Counted from the stretch's first letter, positions 13,317 through 23,942 are shown. The stretch: 64,000 nucleotides of DNA from Dehalococcoidia bacterium (GCA_965261355.1 CBDHDK010000002.1:268637-332636), one strand, 5' to 3'. Notes: a model not told the origin generated them from the letters alone. Translations and numbers: made by a program.

Positions 13317-14960
13317 TGTTGACGTCCAGCAAAAAGGTCCTCGCTAACAGGCCAGCATAAATGTCACATTCACCCCATGGAGAATGTGACTTTGACTCCC
13401 AAGGAACAGACAAGACTACAGGTTCTCAACAGCCTGATGGCAGAGCACATGACGTTGGATCAGGCGGCCACGCTGATGGGTGTCAGCACTCGGCACACCA
13501 GGCGCATCCTGGCGGCCTACCGGGAGAGGGGAGTTGCCGCAGTTGCCCACGGCCACCGGGGTCGCAGAGCGCCCAATGCTACCCCCGAGGCCGTTTTGGA
13601 CGATGTGGTTCATCTGGCTGGCAAGAGGTACCCAGGGGCCAACCACACCCATCTCAGCGAGTTGCTGAGCGAACACGAGGGCATCGACATCGGCAGGACC
13701 ACGCTCAGACGCATCCTGGTCAACGCCGGGCTGAAGAGTCCACGGCGAAGGCGTCCTCCCAAGCACCGGGTACGCCGCCAGCGAATGCCCCGGGAGGGGA
13801 TGCTGCTCCAGGTGGACGGCAGCTTCCACCCGTGGTTGGGGGATCAGGTTCCGCCGTTCACGTTGCTGATCGCAGTGGATGATGCCACCGGCACGGTGGC
13901 CGACGCCCTGTTCTGCGAGAAGGAGGAGGCCTACACCTATTTCCTGCTGGTCCAGGACTTGGTGCAGAGCGCTGGCATTCCCGTGGCCCTCTACGTCGAC
14001 CGGCACGGGGTCTTCAGGCACACACCAGGGTCCGGCCTCCCTACGACGTCGACCCAGTTCAGCCGGGCCATGGACGAGTTGGGGATACAGATGATATTCG
14101 CCCTCTCTCCACAAGCCAAGGGTCGCGTGGAGCGGGCTGCTGGAACCTTTCAGGACCGGCTGGTCACCGAACTCCGGTTGGCGGGCGCCAGCAGCATCAG
14201 GGAGGCCAACGGGGTGCTGGAGCAGTTTCTGCCGCGATACAACCGGCGCTTCCGGGTCCCCCCGCAATGCTCTGAGTCCGCGTACCGGCCTCTGGGCCCT
14301 GATCTATCCTTGGAGCAGGTCCTGTGCTTCAAGCACCGCAGGAAGGTGGCCAAGGACAATACGGTGAAGTTCCAGCTGCATACGCTGCAGTTGCTGCCGG
14401 AGCCGGAACGCCCCAGCTATGCCGGTGCGGTCGTGGAGGTCCTGGAAGGACTGGACGGCCGGCTCAGGGTGCGCCACGAGGGACGCATCATCAACGCCCA
14501 GGAGGCGCCGCCCAGCCCGGTATTCCTCCGCAACGGCCAGGGCGATTCGGCCACTCCTCTCCTTTCGCCCGCCGGGGCCTACTACTCGGACCAGCGCTGG
14601 GCAGCCACCCTCAAGGCACTGGACTCAAGGACGACGGATGAGGAACATCAAGTGGGCATAACCGGCGGTGCGTCCGCTGCCTTGACACCCGCAACTGTCC
14701 CCCCGCGCAAACCAACCTTCCTGCAGAAGGAGAGATGGAAGGCGATTCAGAAAGCCGGGCGCAAGGGGATGTCGCTGCGGGCGATCGAGAGGGAGTTGGG
14801 AATCCACAGATCCACCATCAAGAAATACATGGACGCCGACGGTCCTCCAGGGCGGCGTTCCCGGCCGGCTCTCACTGCTTAAACATCCGATACAGTGCCG
14901 GCATAAGAAAGTGACATTTATGCTGAACATCTAGCCGGACATTTATGCTGGCCTTCGACA
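13317..14960 (+). mobile_element. Complete IS1202-like (ISNCY) element inside the IS21-B right end
   Basis: TGT..ACA ends with repeated cagcataaatgtc motifs; 7-bp DR ccccagt at 13310-13316 and 14961-14967; IS21 tip resumes to 14993. Confidence 0.88.
13377..14882 (+). CDS. IS1202-like rve transposase with C-terminal HTH
   Basis: LQVDGSFH, AVDDATG, YVDRHG, PQAKGRVER, QDRL; C-terminal GMSLRAIERELGIHRSTIKKY. Confidence 0.88.
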   Translation: MENVTLTPKEQTRLQVLNSLMAEHMTLDQAATLMGVSTRHTRRILAAYRERGVAAVAHGHRGRRAPNATPEAVLDDVVHLAGKRYPGANHTHLSELLSEHEGIDIGRTTLRRILVNAGLKSPRRRRPPKHRVRRQRMPREGMLLQVDGSFHPWLGDQVPPFTLLIAVDDATGTVADALFCEKEEAYTYFLLVQDLVQSAGIPVALYVDRHGVFRHTPGSGLPTTSTQFSRAMDELGIQMIFALSPQAKGRVERAAGTFQDRLVTELRLAGASSIREANGVLEQFLPRYNRRFRVPPQCSESAYRPLGPDLSLEQVLCFKHRRKVAKDNTVKFQLHTLQLLPEPERPSYAGAVVEVLEGLDGRLRVRHEGRIINAQEAPPSPVFLRNGQGDSATPLLSPAGAYYSDQRWAATLKALDSRTTDEEHQVGITGGASAALTPATVPPRKPTFLQKERWKAIQKAGRKGMSLRAIERELGIHRSTIKKYMDADGPPGRRSRPALTA

Positions 14961-14993
14961 CCCCAGTGGCCCAATATCTCGGCGCCATTGACA

Positions 14994-15310
14994 CGGAGCA
15001 GAAGTTGCGCTCCCTGAGCCGCCACACCCAAAAGGTGCGGCCGCAGGTCCAGCAGGCTGCGATCTTCCTCATTATCGTTACACCGTGTAACGCTAAGACC
15101 AGACTACCGGGACAGGCGCTGTTGACCGGGTGTGCCGCCGATCGTGGATCCTGGGAGGCGTGGAAGTGTCCCTTGGTCTGGAGGAAGTTCCTTGTGCCGG
15201 CCGCGGAAGTGGGAGTTGAGAACGATGGCCATGATACCCGCGGCGCACCATCTGCAGTAAGCGCCGTCGGCGGCGGCGCGGTCGCAGTTCCTGCAGGTGG
15301 AGTTGACCAT
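14994..15310 (-). repeat. Copy 1 of a two-ORF zinc-finger module, truncated at the IS21 tip
   Basis: CRNC..CRWC ORF plus CWTC..RNFCS ORF; homologous to 25893-26295 and 44345-44768. Confidence 0.7.
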
Positions 15311-15511
15311 GGCCTAAACTAAAGCCACGGTGGGATCTACATTTCGAGGGTCTTGAAGACTACCGAAAGGACCCTGATACTACAGTCGCAGATTAGCAAG
15401 AGGTCTCTTCTTGATCGTCGGCGCTACCTCACCATTCCAGACCATTCCAGTTTTGCGGCTGTTACAATTAGCCCCGCGACCCCAAACTAACGAAACTTTT
15501 GGAGAGCAATC

Positions 15512-16039
15512 ATGGCTGTTTCCGCCGGGATATCGAATGCGCTGGAACGTAACTGGGGTATGGTAGACCGCGCCATAGACGGGCTGAGTGATGAGACACT
15601 GGCGCGCCGGATATCCGACAGCGACAATTCCATCGGTTGGCTCCTCTTCCACATGAGCCGGGTGGTGGACGTTTTCATGAATGCTAGGTTCCAAGACAAG
15701 CCTCAGATATGGACAGAGGACGGTTGGTGCGAGAAATTCGACCTGAGCGACGACCCGGAGACGACCGGCCAAGGCTGGGACACGGCGCGCGTGGCCGCGT
15801 GGCCGCTTCCCTCCAAAGACGTCCTGGTAGGGTACTACGAGGCCATGAAGGCCTGCTGCCGGGAGTATATGTCCTCCGTGACCGACGAGGAGTTGAGCGC
15901 CACCATGAGCCTGAGGCCCGGTTCGGATCCCGAGCCGAAAGAGGCCATCATCGGTGTCCTGGTCTTTGACAACGTCGTCCACGGAGGCCAGATAGCCTTC
16001 CTGCGCGGCCACTGGGAAGGCATGGGCTGGTTCGTCTAG
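15512..16039 (+). CDS. DinB-family protein
   Basis: NSIGWLLFHM ... HGGQIAFLRG. Confidence 0.8.
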   Translation: MAVSAGISNALERNWGMVDRAIDGLSDETLARRISDSDNSIGWLLFHMSRVVDVFMNARFQDKPQIWTEDGWCEKFDLSDDPETTGQGWDTARVAAWPLPSKDVLVGYYEAMKACCREYMSSVTDEELSATMSLRPGSDPEPKEAIIGVLVFDNVVHGGQIAFLRGHWEGMGWFV

Positions 16040-16080
16040 CGCGAACGCAGGCTTCCCGGACAATTTCTACAGGTTTACCG

Positions 16081-16114
16081 AAGAGCACGGCGAACTCAAG
16101 CCGTGCTCTTTCTT
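16081..16114 (+). terminator. Intrinsic terminator
   Basis: aagagcacggc-loop-gccgtgctctt followed by tctt. Confidence 0.7.
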
Positions 16115-16631
16115 AGCTCGACACAAAACCAATACCAAGGTGGGAAGTGCGTTTCGGGGAGATTGACGATGACCGCAAGGACTCCACGGCACCTCATATC
16201 ACCTTTGGGCCCCAACTGGGTGGGCACCGATGGTGCGGTCCAGCGATATGTACATTTCACCTTGGCTTTAGTTTAGGTCCTCGAGGAAGAGGAAGAGGAA
16301 GAGTTTCACGGTAGCCCCTGCTGTGCCGCTGTCGCAAGGGCCGACTGTCATCAATTGCTGGGACCCCACACACCTCCGTTCCTCGGGGAACGGTGCCCTG
16401 GACGCCATCCACGTCGCCCCGGGTAAAAACGGTCAGAGGCCTCGAAACCAGTGGCTTTCCTGATTTTCACGCCGATCGGCGCACAAACGTCATCGCAGGA
16501 CGTGGTTTAAGGCCCCCGTTTTTCCTCGGTCTTGGGCTTTGCACAATGAATCTCTTTTAATTCCGGTTAATTGTGGAAAGCTACACATTTTCTTTGTTGT
16601 GATCTCCGGTCGTATACCGGGTTTTTCCGCG

Positions 16632-16982
16632 TTAGTGCGTTTCTGCTGGTCTCAGGAAGTACCCTTCTTCAGGGAGATGGCTGGAACCGGCGAGGGGTTC
16701 GGACTGCGGTATTAGTTCCAGAGGCTGGTCGATGGTGCCTTTGGCCACTGCGATGTACCATTTTCCACCTGGGGACTCCAGGAGTAGCGTCCGGAGGTCG
16801 ACTTGGCCGGTCCGGAAATCATTTAGGCGCTTGGGACAGACGGCCGCCACTGCGTAGCGGTCAAAGTCTCCTGCGGATTCGATCATGTCGCAGACGTAGT
16901 GGACGCCGGTGGTGTCGCGGGCCGCGAACATCTGTATCCCGTCGTAGTATTCCAGAACCTCGGTGAGTGTGATGGTGTTCAT
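16632..16982 (-). CDS. Hypothetical protein (cargo gene 2)
   Basis: LEYYDG.QMF..D and C-terminal LPEEGYFL; ATGA coupling to the upstream gene. Confidence 0.6.
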   Translation of the reverse strand: MNTITLTEVLEYYDGIQMFAARDTTGVHYVCDMIESAGDFDRYAVAAVCPKRLNDFRTGQVDLRTLLLESPGGKWYIAVAKGTIDQPLELIPQSEPLAGSSHLPEEGYFLRPAETH

Positions 16983-17352
16983 GGGTTCACCATTGTGCAG
17001 GCCGCCATGATGTCGTAGCTGGCGTAGGGCCACCATGTGTGGTGGGACCTTCGTCCGGTTTTCATGATGTGGCCTGCGCCTTGTGTCAGGTTGAGCTGGC
17101 AGACCGCCATATCTCTCAGGTGCGCCGCCCTGTTAGTGATTGGGCATCGGGTTGTTCAGTGAACACCGACAGTCCTCGTGCTTGGCACTCGGATACGTTG
17201 AACTGGGTGGCGGGTCTCAGGTCTTTTTGTGACCTGAAGTCGTCGTCGGTGGGCGGGTCGTTTCGTACCAAGCGGTACACGGTGAGAGGAACGGAGATTT
17301 CCTCCGCCTCGCCGGGTGGGCAGTCTTCTGGCAGGGGTTCGCGGTGGTTCAT
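16979..17352 (-). pseudogene. Hypothetical protein (cargo gene 1), frameshifted near 17120
   Basis: LPEDCPP..VYRLV..CQARGLSVF continues in another frame as SHHTWWP. Confidence 0.5.
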
Positions 17353-17559
17353 GGCGATGGGATTCCGATGCCGCCAAGTTTATTTGGGTCTGGGGCAGGT
17401 GTCAAAATGAGAGGATTGTGCACGATGAATTTATTGTAACTCCGATTCGTTGTGCAAAGCCTCGGCCGGGTTCCGTTTACCTGTAGCGAAGGCCTGCTCT
17501 GGCCTGCGCCTTCGAGTACGCTACAGGCCAACGGATCCAGCGACACCTTTTCCGCCACC

Positions 17560-17800
17560 CTGGGGATGAGGCCCACTTGGATCCTGACCTTGATGCCGGG
17601 GCCTATCCCCGGGAGCCTGGATGGCGAGGGCTGCTGGGGCAGGTAGATATAGCGGAACGCCATTTGGAGAAGGAGGGTGTGGCGGCGGGTGATTTCTTCC
17701 TGTTCTTCGGCCTGTACCGTCAGGTGGAGGCAAGTCGCGCGGGTTGGCGATTTGTGAACGGTTCCCGTCGGTTGCACTTGTTGTGGGGTCCGCTCAGGCA
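17560..17800 (+). pseudogene. Nmad3-like (nucleotide-modification-associated) fragment
   Basis: HLDPDL..GWRGLLGQ..HL..GV..GDFFLFFG. Confidence 0.5.
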
Positions 17801-17842
17801 GTGCAGGTTTCCGGTTGCGCCGGCGTCGCCGCCGGATGCTGT

Positions 17843-18058
17843 TCAACCTTCGCGCTCACGCCGGTAGTTTTCGAGAGCCTCGATGACCAGCGCGGTCGCG
17901 GTGGTGCGCCTGTCGAGCGCTCTGACCTTGAGCCAGTGGTGGAGTTCGCTGGGGATCCAACACTGTAATTTGGCCATGTCCTCCGCGGTGGCCCGGCTCA
18001 GGAAGTCACTGCTGTCCTGCTGGTCATCGCGTTGGGGCCGGCTATTGATGGTCGTCAT
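17843..18058 (-). CDS. ParG-like ribbon-helix-helix protein
   Basis: LQCWIPSELHHWLKVRA..T.TALVIEALE; overlaps the parA stop. Confidence 0.7.
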   Translation of the reverse strand: MTTINSRPQRDDQQDSSDFLSRATAEDMAKLQCWIPSELHHWLKVRALDRRTTATALVIEALENYRREREG

Positions 18059-18659
18059 GTGCTAACTGCTCCAGTTCGCGGCGTATGGCTAGGATCTCAT
18101 TGCGTGCGGTCCTGTCGGGGCCGGCGTGGGTGTAAGCCACCCGATCGGAGGTCCTGCTGTCCAGCACTGGCAACCCCAGTTCGGCTAGGGCGGCGTCGAT
18201 CTGCCGGCCCAGGCGGGTCAGGGGCTTGGCCATGGTGATCACGAAGGCAGCTCGGGGGATGCCCTTGTTCGACTTCTGACGGGCCTTGACGGCCGCCACG
18301 ATGTCGGTGGCGGCCCAGACGTCGAAGGCGCTGGCCTTGGCGGGTATCAGCACCACGTCAGCCACCCGCACGGCGTCGGCGCTGGTGTTGCTGATGCCGG
18401 GAGGGCCATCCAAGATAACCCAGTCGTAGCGACCGGATAGTTTGCGCACCTGGTCGACCAGTGGGTCGTGGCCGACACCCAGCACCGACAGGCTTTCGGG
18501 TCCGTGGGTGTTGAAGTGTCCCCAGTCGCGGGCGCCGCCCTGGGGGTCGGCGTCTAGGAGCAGTGCGGTTCCGGTCTGCGCCAGGGACCAGGCCAAGTTG
18601 GTGGCCAGGGTGGTCTTGCCGACCCCACCCTTCTGGTTGACGATTGCGACCACTGTCAT
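18042..18659 (-). CDS. parA: ParA-family partition ATPase (type Ib)
   Basis: NQKGGVGKTT, DADPQG, ILDGPP. Confidence 0.88.
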   Translation of the reverse strand: MTVVAIVNQKGGVGKTTLATNLAWSLAQTGTALLLDADPQGGARDWGHFNTHGPESLSVLGVGHDPLVDQVRKLSGRYDWVILDGPPGISNTSADAVRVADVVLIPAKASAFDVWAATDIVAAVKARQKSNKGIPRAAFVITMAKPLTRLGRQIDAALAELGLPVLDSRTSDRVAYTHAGPDRTARNEILAIRRELEQLAHDDHQ

Positions 18660-19142
18660 TGCGTTGCTCCGACCTGGTTGAGCCAGAATCATATAATCAC
18701 AAGAGCATGAAATCAAATGAACATCCGACGATATGAGCATAGGATTACATGAGCAGAGGATACAATGATGTTCGCTGCCGGATGAAGGGATGCTGGTGCG
18801 GATTGGCGCGACTTTGCGGCGACGCGCCTTGGGCGGCGGTGGATAAGCCTGGAACCGCGTCAGCACAGATCGAGCAGGTCCTGGGGGCCGGTGGTCTTGG
18901 AGTGCCTGCTGTCGCGGGCGCTGCCCTGGAGGTCCGCGATGCTTGCGACGAGCGTCATCGCGTTGCTCCGGCGCAGCTGGGCCAGAATCATGTAATCATA
19001 TAATTACATGAGCATATGCTCACAATCTTCTGCAGTAGCTCAAGGCCGGTACCTGTTGCCTTCATTGTGGCAGGCGTCCATTACCATCCCAGCGGGGGCA
19101 GGGCCCTGCAATAAGTTACACATTCAAGCTACTATAGTAACT

Positions 19143-19727
19143 ATGGTGCACAGCAATTACATCCGCCTCACACAATGGGCAGCCCAGCACGGCATGCACC
19201 GCATGACAGCCTGGCGCCATTACACCGCCGGCACCCTGCCGCCAGAACTCCAACCGAAGAAGATCGGCAACATCATCTATGTCCTGGCCAACCCAGGAAC
19301 CACTGGCGGCCGTGTCATCGGATACGCCAGGGTGAGCAGCGCAGAACAGAAGCCACACCTGGAAAACCAGGCCAACCGCCTATGGGCATACGCCGGACAA
19401 AACGGCATCATCCTCGATGACGTCGTCTCCGAAGTCGCCAGTGGCCTCAACGACAAACGCCCCAAGCTCAGAAAACTGCTGGCAGACCCCATCGTTCACA
19501 CCATAGTTGTGGAGCACCGGGAGCGACTGGCCCGGTTCGGCGTCGGCATGGTCGAGGCAATGCTCCAAGCCAGGGGAGGCTCACTGCTTGTTATTGACGA
19601 CGCAGAAGTCCCCGACGACCTCGTCCGTGATATGACGGAGATACTCACCTGCTTCTGTGCCCGGCTCTACGGAAAACGCTCCGCAGCCAACCGAGCCCGG
19701 CGAGCAATGGACACCGTCAGTGGTTGA
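19143..19727 (+). CDS. tnpA: IS607 TnpA serine transposase
   Basis: N-terminal HTH, GYARVSS, EVASGLND.R, EHRERLARFG, CARLYG. Confidence 0.92.
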   Translation: MVHSNYIRLTQWAAQHGMHRMTAWRHYTAGTLPPELQPKKIGNIIYVLANPGTTGGRVIGYARVSSAEQKPHLENQANRLWAYAGQNGIILDDVVSEVASGLNDKRPKLRKLLADPIVHTIVVEHRERLARFGVGMVEAMLQARGGSLLVIDDAEVPDDLVRDMTEILTCFCARLYGKRSAANRARRAMDTVSG

Positions 19728-21009
19728 GCTAAAAGGCAAGAAACAAAAACAGCCCAGTTCCTGTCCCCAGGACTGGCTACCAGCCGCCATCGTGGTGCAA
19801 CTGGATTTGACCTGCCGGCAGGAAAGGTGCGCCAGACGCTCCGTCGGCATTGCACGCTTCGTCTACAACCGCATGGTCGCCAACGACCAAGCGACACGAA
19901 AGGCAGATCTCTGGCTCACGCCCCATGAACTGGAAAAGGAATTCAACGCCGTCAAACAGACCAACCCATCACTGGCCTTCGTAACCCACGTCAGCAAGTT
20001 CGTTGCCCAGGGCGCCTGCCGGAACTACCGGAACGCCCGCTCAAGATGGCTCAACAAGGACCTCAAGGCCCGTCGCCCGGTATTCCGCAAAAAGAACCAA
20101 GCGGGGACGGGGTCTTTCCTCGCGGCCTCGAGCATAAATAAGATCCAATACGACGGACACCGCCGCATACGGCTACCCTACCTGGGCAGCGTCAGAATGA
20201 CCCGAGATCTACGGGAGGGAATCCCGTATGAAGTCACCATCAAAAGGCGCAACGGACGCTGGTACGCCAGCATCGCCTACTGGAAGCCGCCCGCAGACGC
20301 GCCGCACCGAGAAACACAATCGGCCGGCGGCGTCGACGTGGGCATCAATCCCCTGGCGGTCGACAGCGACGGCGTCACGTACGACAACCCCCGCGGCTAC
20401 CACCAGGCACAACGCCGCCTGAAACGCCGGCAAAGGGCGCAGGCCCGCCGCACCAGAGGCAGCCGGGGCTGGTGGGAGGCGCAACGCAGTATCGACAGTG
20501 CTCACCGCCGGGCCACGGGACTGCGGAGCAACGCGCACCATCAGGTCAGCGGGGCCCTGGTCGGCAAGTACCACACCCTGGGTATCGAAACCCTGAACGT
20601 CGCGGGCATGATCAGGGCCGGACTGCAGTCCAAGGCCCTCTCCGACGCCGGCATGTCCAGCCTGCTGGCCCAGATACGCTACAAGGCCAAGTGGTACGGC
20701 ACCCAGGTCGTGGCAGCGAGTCGCCGGTATCCCAGCAGCAAGACGTGCTCAGCCTGTGGTGAGGTAAACAAGGACCTGGGCAGGAAACCCATCTGGACAT
20801 GCCCCAGTTGCGGCGTCACTCATGACCGCAACGAAAACGCAGCTCGCAACCTGCTGAAACTTGCGCTACTCGCGGTGGGCGAGAATGTGATGCTCCCGGA
20901 CGGGGCAGCTCTGGCCGACGGTGATTCCACCATTGGTGAAACTGCCCCGGATGAAGGGAGAACCAAGCCGAGAACAGAGGCCAACACCCAGCTCACGCTG
21001 GCAATGTAA
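19720..21009 (+). CDS. tnpB: IS607 TnpB RNA-guided nuclease homolog
   Basis: GVDVGI, IETLNV, PSSKTCSACG..CPSCG, HDRNENAARN. Confidence 0.9.
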   Translation: MVELKGKKQKQPSSCPQDWLPAAIVVQLDLTCRQERCARRSVGIARFVYNRMVANDQATRKADLWLTPHELEKEFNAVKQTNPSLAFVTHVSKFVAQGACRNYRNARSRWLNKDLKARRPVFRKKNQAGTGSFLAASSINKIQYDGHRRIRLPYLGSVRMTRDLREGIPYEVTIKRRNGRWYASIAYWKPPADAPHRETQSAGGVDVGINPLAVDSDGVTYDNPRGYHQAQRRLKRRQRAQARRTRGSRGWWEAQRSIDSAHRRATGLRSNAHHQVSGALVGKYHTLGIETLNVAGMIRAGLQSKALSDAGMSSLLAQIRYKAKWYGTQVVAASRRYPSSKTCSACGEVNKDLGRKPIWTCPSCGVTHDRNENAARNLLKLALLAVGENVMLPDGAALADGDSTIGETAPDEGRTKPRTEANTQLTLAM

Positions 21010-21250
21010 CCATTGTTACTCATTTGGAACACCCTTGGCCGGAGGCGAGCTGCATCACCGGGGACAGCTGCAGACCCACGACAAGGTCAGGTCGATCAAA
21101 ACGGTTCCTGACTTGGGATGGAACCGCCAACACATACCAAGGGAACCCGGTCCCACTGGTGTTGCACACCGCGCCGCTGTTAGCCAAGGACCCGGGAAGC
21201 AACAGACCATGGGATAAAATCCGCACCATACGGAGACCTCCGAGAACGTC

Positions 21251-21970
21251 ATGACCACAATCAACGATATAAGCGACCTGATCAGGATCATCCGGCAGGA
21301 CCCTGACTGGGCAGAGGCACTCCGAAGCGTGCTCCTGTCGAAAGAACTCCTGGCATTGCCGGAAACCTTCGCTGCATTCGTCTCGGAAAACCGGGAAAAC
21401 TCCCGCATGGCGAACCAGCGCCTGTGCGCGATCGAAACCAACGTTGCTCATCTCACAACCAGCCAAACCAGCATGGGAGGAGACCTGAGCCGCCTCTCCG
21501 ACAGAGACTACGAAGGTTACGCCGCCCGCAGAGCACTCCTGATGGTGGCAAACCTGCTGGAACTGACCACCGTGGAGACCCTGTCCAGCACCAGCGAAAC
21601 GCAATGGCTCGATGACCTCGCACTGAGGGCCCAACTCAGCGGAGACATCACACATGCCGAAGCCCTGCAACTCCAAGCAGCCGACCTCGTGCTGGAGGGC
21701 ATCGTCCTGCCGACGAACATGACTCCGTCCACGTCCCTGGAACCCCAGGAAACGAACCCAGTGCCAGAAGGTCAAAGCCCCACGTTCTACCTGCTGGCAG
21801 AAATCTCGATGACCATTCAGGAAAGGGACATGGCCCGAGCGATCAACAGGGCAGCCATCCTACAGAAGGCCACAGGAACCAGAACCATGCCGCTCCTCGT
21901 GGGCACAGCCTTGGAGAACGGACTGGACAAGGGAGACACCGTCTTCCTGGAAGTCCCAGACCTCGACTGA
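21251..21970 (+). CDS. Coiled-coil plus PD-(D/E)xK-like protein (paralog 1)
   Basis: ADLV..AEIS..D..RA..RA.IL..ATG pattern shared with 24643 and 58414. Confidence 0.65.
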   Translation: MTTINDISDLIRIIRQDPDWAEALRSVLLSKELLALPETFAAFVSENRENSRMANQRLCAIETNVAHLTTSQTSMGGDLSRLSDRDYEGYAARRALLMVANLLELTTVETLSSTSETQWLDDLALRAQLSGDITHAEALQLQAADLVLEGIVLPTNMTPSTSLEPQETNPVPEGQSPTFYLLAEISMTIQERDMARAINRAAILQKATGTRTMPLLVGTALENGLDKGDTVFLEVPDLD

Positions 21971-22309
21971 ACGCCGCACCCAGGGGTGGCGATCACACTG
22001 TCCAGAGACAATGAAGGACCTCGTCCACAGCCGGAGGCAACTTGCCTCCGGGTTTCCTTTGCCGAGCAAGTTTCCAGTAACCCGAAGGCGCCCGTTGTGG
22101 CCTGCACCTGAACAAGCCGAAGATAGTGACTTGTGGCCCAGTGTCACAAACGCGCGTTTGTGAACCACCCAGCCAAGGGTTAACAACTGCTCACAAATTA
22201 GTGGGTTTCAGAATGTGCTGGTAGTTAATAGTCAAGCCGACCTAGGATGTGCTCCGTCTTTGGTGTGCGTTGCTGACTGGAGCAACACGAACACGAGTTC
22301 TGGTAGGAT

Positions 22310-23942
22310 GTGATCATGGTACGTCACAACAGAGGTCGCTCAGCGTCCTCCGGTCTGAATCCGTCGCACGGCCCATTGGTCAGCACCTATCAGACCCGGA
22401 TCGCTGACTATGGTGTCGTGGAGCCCATTGAGGGCGAGGCGGCATTGGCCGCATACGCGGAGCTCTACGGTCGGGTGCAGCGCAAGCTTTTTGCGGACTT
22501 TTCGGCTGGTGAGTTGCCTGCGTCTCTGAAGAAGGTTTACCTGCAACGATACGGCATACCGGCGCGGATGTTCAACGGGGTGCGGGTGTCGCTGGAAGGC
22601 AAGGTGTCCGCTGTCCAGAAGACCATGGGGCTGAGGCGGGATGACCTTCAGCGCCGGATTGGCCGGGCTGACGGTGAGGTTGCCAAGGCTGTTGAACGTG
22701 GACGCGTGAATCAGGGGCATCACAAGAGGCGCCGGCTGGCTAATCTGAGATTCAGGTTGTCTGCACTGGAAGCCGACATTGCGGCGGGCCGGGTGCGGCT
22801 GTGCTTCGGGTCGAAGCGGTTATGGAGGAAGCAGCATGACCTTGAGGTCAACGGTTATGGCAGCCATCAGGAGTGGCTCAAGGACTGGCGGGATTCCCGC
22901 AGCGACGAGTTCTTCGTAATGGGGAGCCGTGATGAAAAGGCTGGTTGCCAGCTGTGCGTTGCGAATGTTGCCGATGACGGTAGTCTGACCCTGCGGTTGC
23001 GCATGCCTGACTCTTTGGCGGAGCGGCATGGAAAGTACCTTTTGCTCGAGAATGTGCGCTTCGCCTACGGCCACGACCAAGTGTTGGCTGCACTTCAGAG
23101 CAATTTCGAGTACGTGGGTTATCAGCGGCAGCATGGTGAAAAGCAGGCTCGATCCACGGAGTTGGGTCAGGCCATCAGCTACCGTTTCAAGCGGGATGGC
23201 AAGGGATGGCGGGTATTCGTTACCACCAATATGATGGACGTGACGGTTGTCACGGACCGGCGGCGTGGTGCAATCGGCGTCGATTTGAATGCCGACCATC
23301 TGGCGGTCGCGGAGACCGATACCTCGGGCAACTGCCTGAACGCCTGGCGGGTGCCGCTGGTCAGCTACGGCAAGTCCCAGCATCAGGCTGAGGCTCTCAT
23401 CGGTGATGCGGTGGCGAGTGTGGTGGCTTGCGCCAAAGATGTCGGCAAGCCCGTCGTCATCGAGAGGCTGGACTTCCGCCAGAAGAAGGCCATTCTGGAA
23501 GGTCAATCCCGTAAGTACAGCCGGATGCTGTCGTCTTTCAGCTACGGCAAGGTCAAGGCCTACTTCATCTCCCGCGGCTACCGTCAGGGAGTGGAAATTC
23601 ACCAGGTCAACCCGGCCTACAGTTCGGTGATCGGCCGGGTGAAGTTCATGGAGCGTTGCGGGCTCAGTGTTCACCAGGCAGCGGCCTTGGTCCTGGCCCG
23701 TCGTTTACTCGGTTGCTCAGAGCGCATTCCGCGCCTTCGGGTGTGTCCCGTCGGCAAATGGCGTTCACGTCGCCTTCCGCGTACCTGCAAGGAAGCGTGT
23801 GAAGCACGTGTGGACGTACTGGGGTGCGATCTCGGGACAGCTGAGACCGGCGCTTGCAGCGCATCATCGGCTGGGAAAGCGGAGACGCAGACCCAATCCG
23901 GTTCAGGCTGTCGCGCGTGCTGAAACACGCGGGCTGGCTTGA
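22310..23942 (+). CDS. TnpB-related protein without zinc finger, 3' frameshift near 23760
   Basis: GVDLNADH, VIERLDF, VNPAYSSVIG, LSVHQAAALVLARR; no adjacent tnpA. Confidence 0.75.

Larger units (their letters stand above)
16535..17461. mobile_element. Transposase-free cassette with IS903-like TIRs
   Basis: 18-bp TIR ggctttgcacaa(t/c)gaatc; degenerate 9-bp flanks tcggtcttg / tcggccggg. Confidence 0.55.

Noticed and set aside
16283-16303. GAGGAA tandem repeat as a phase-variation tract
   Set aside because: Only about 3.5 units and not inside a supported gene or promoter.
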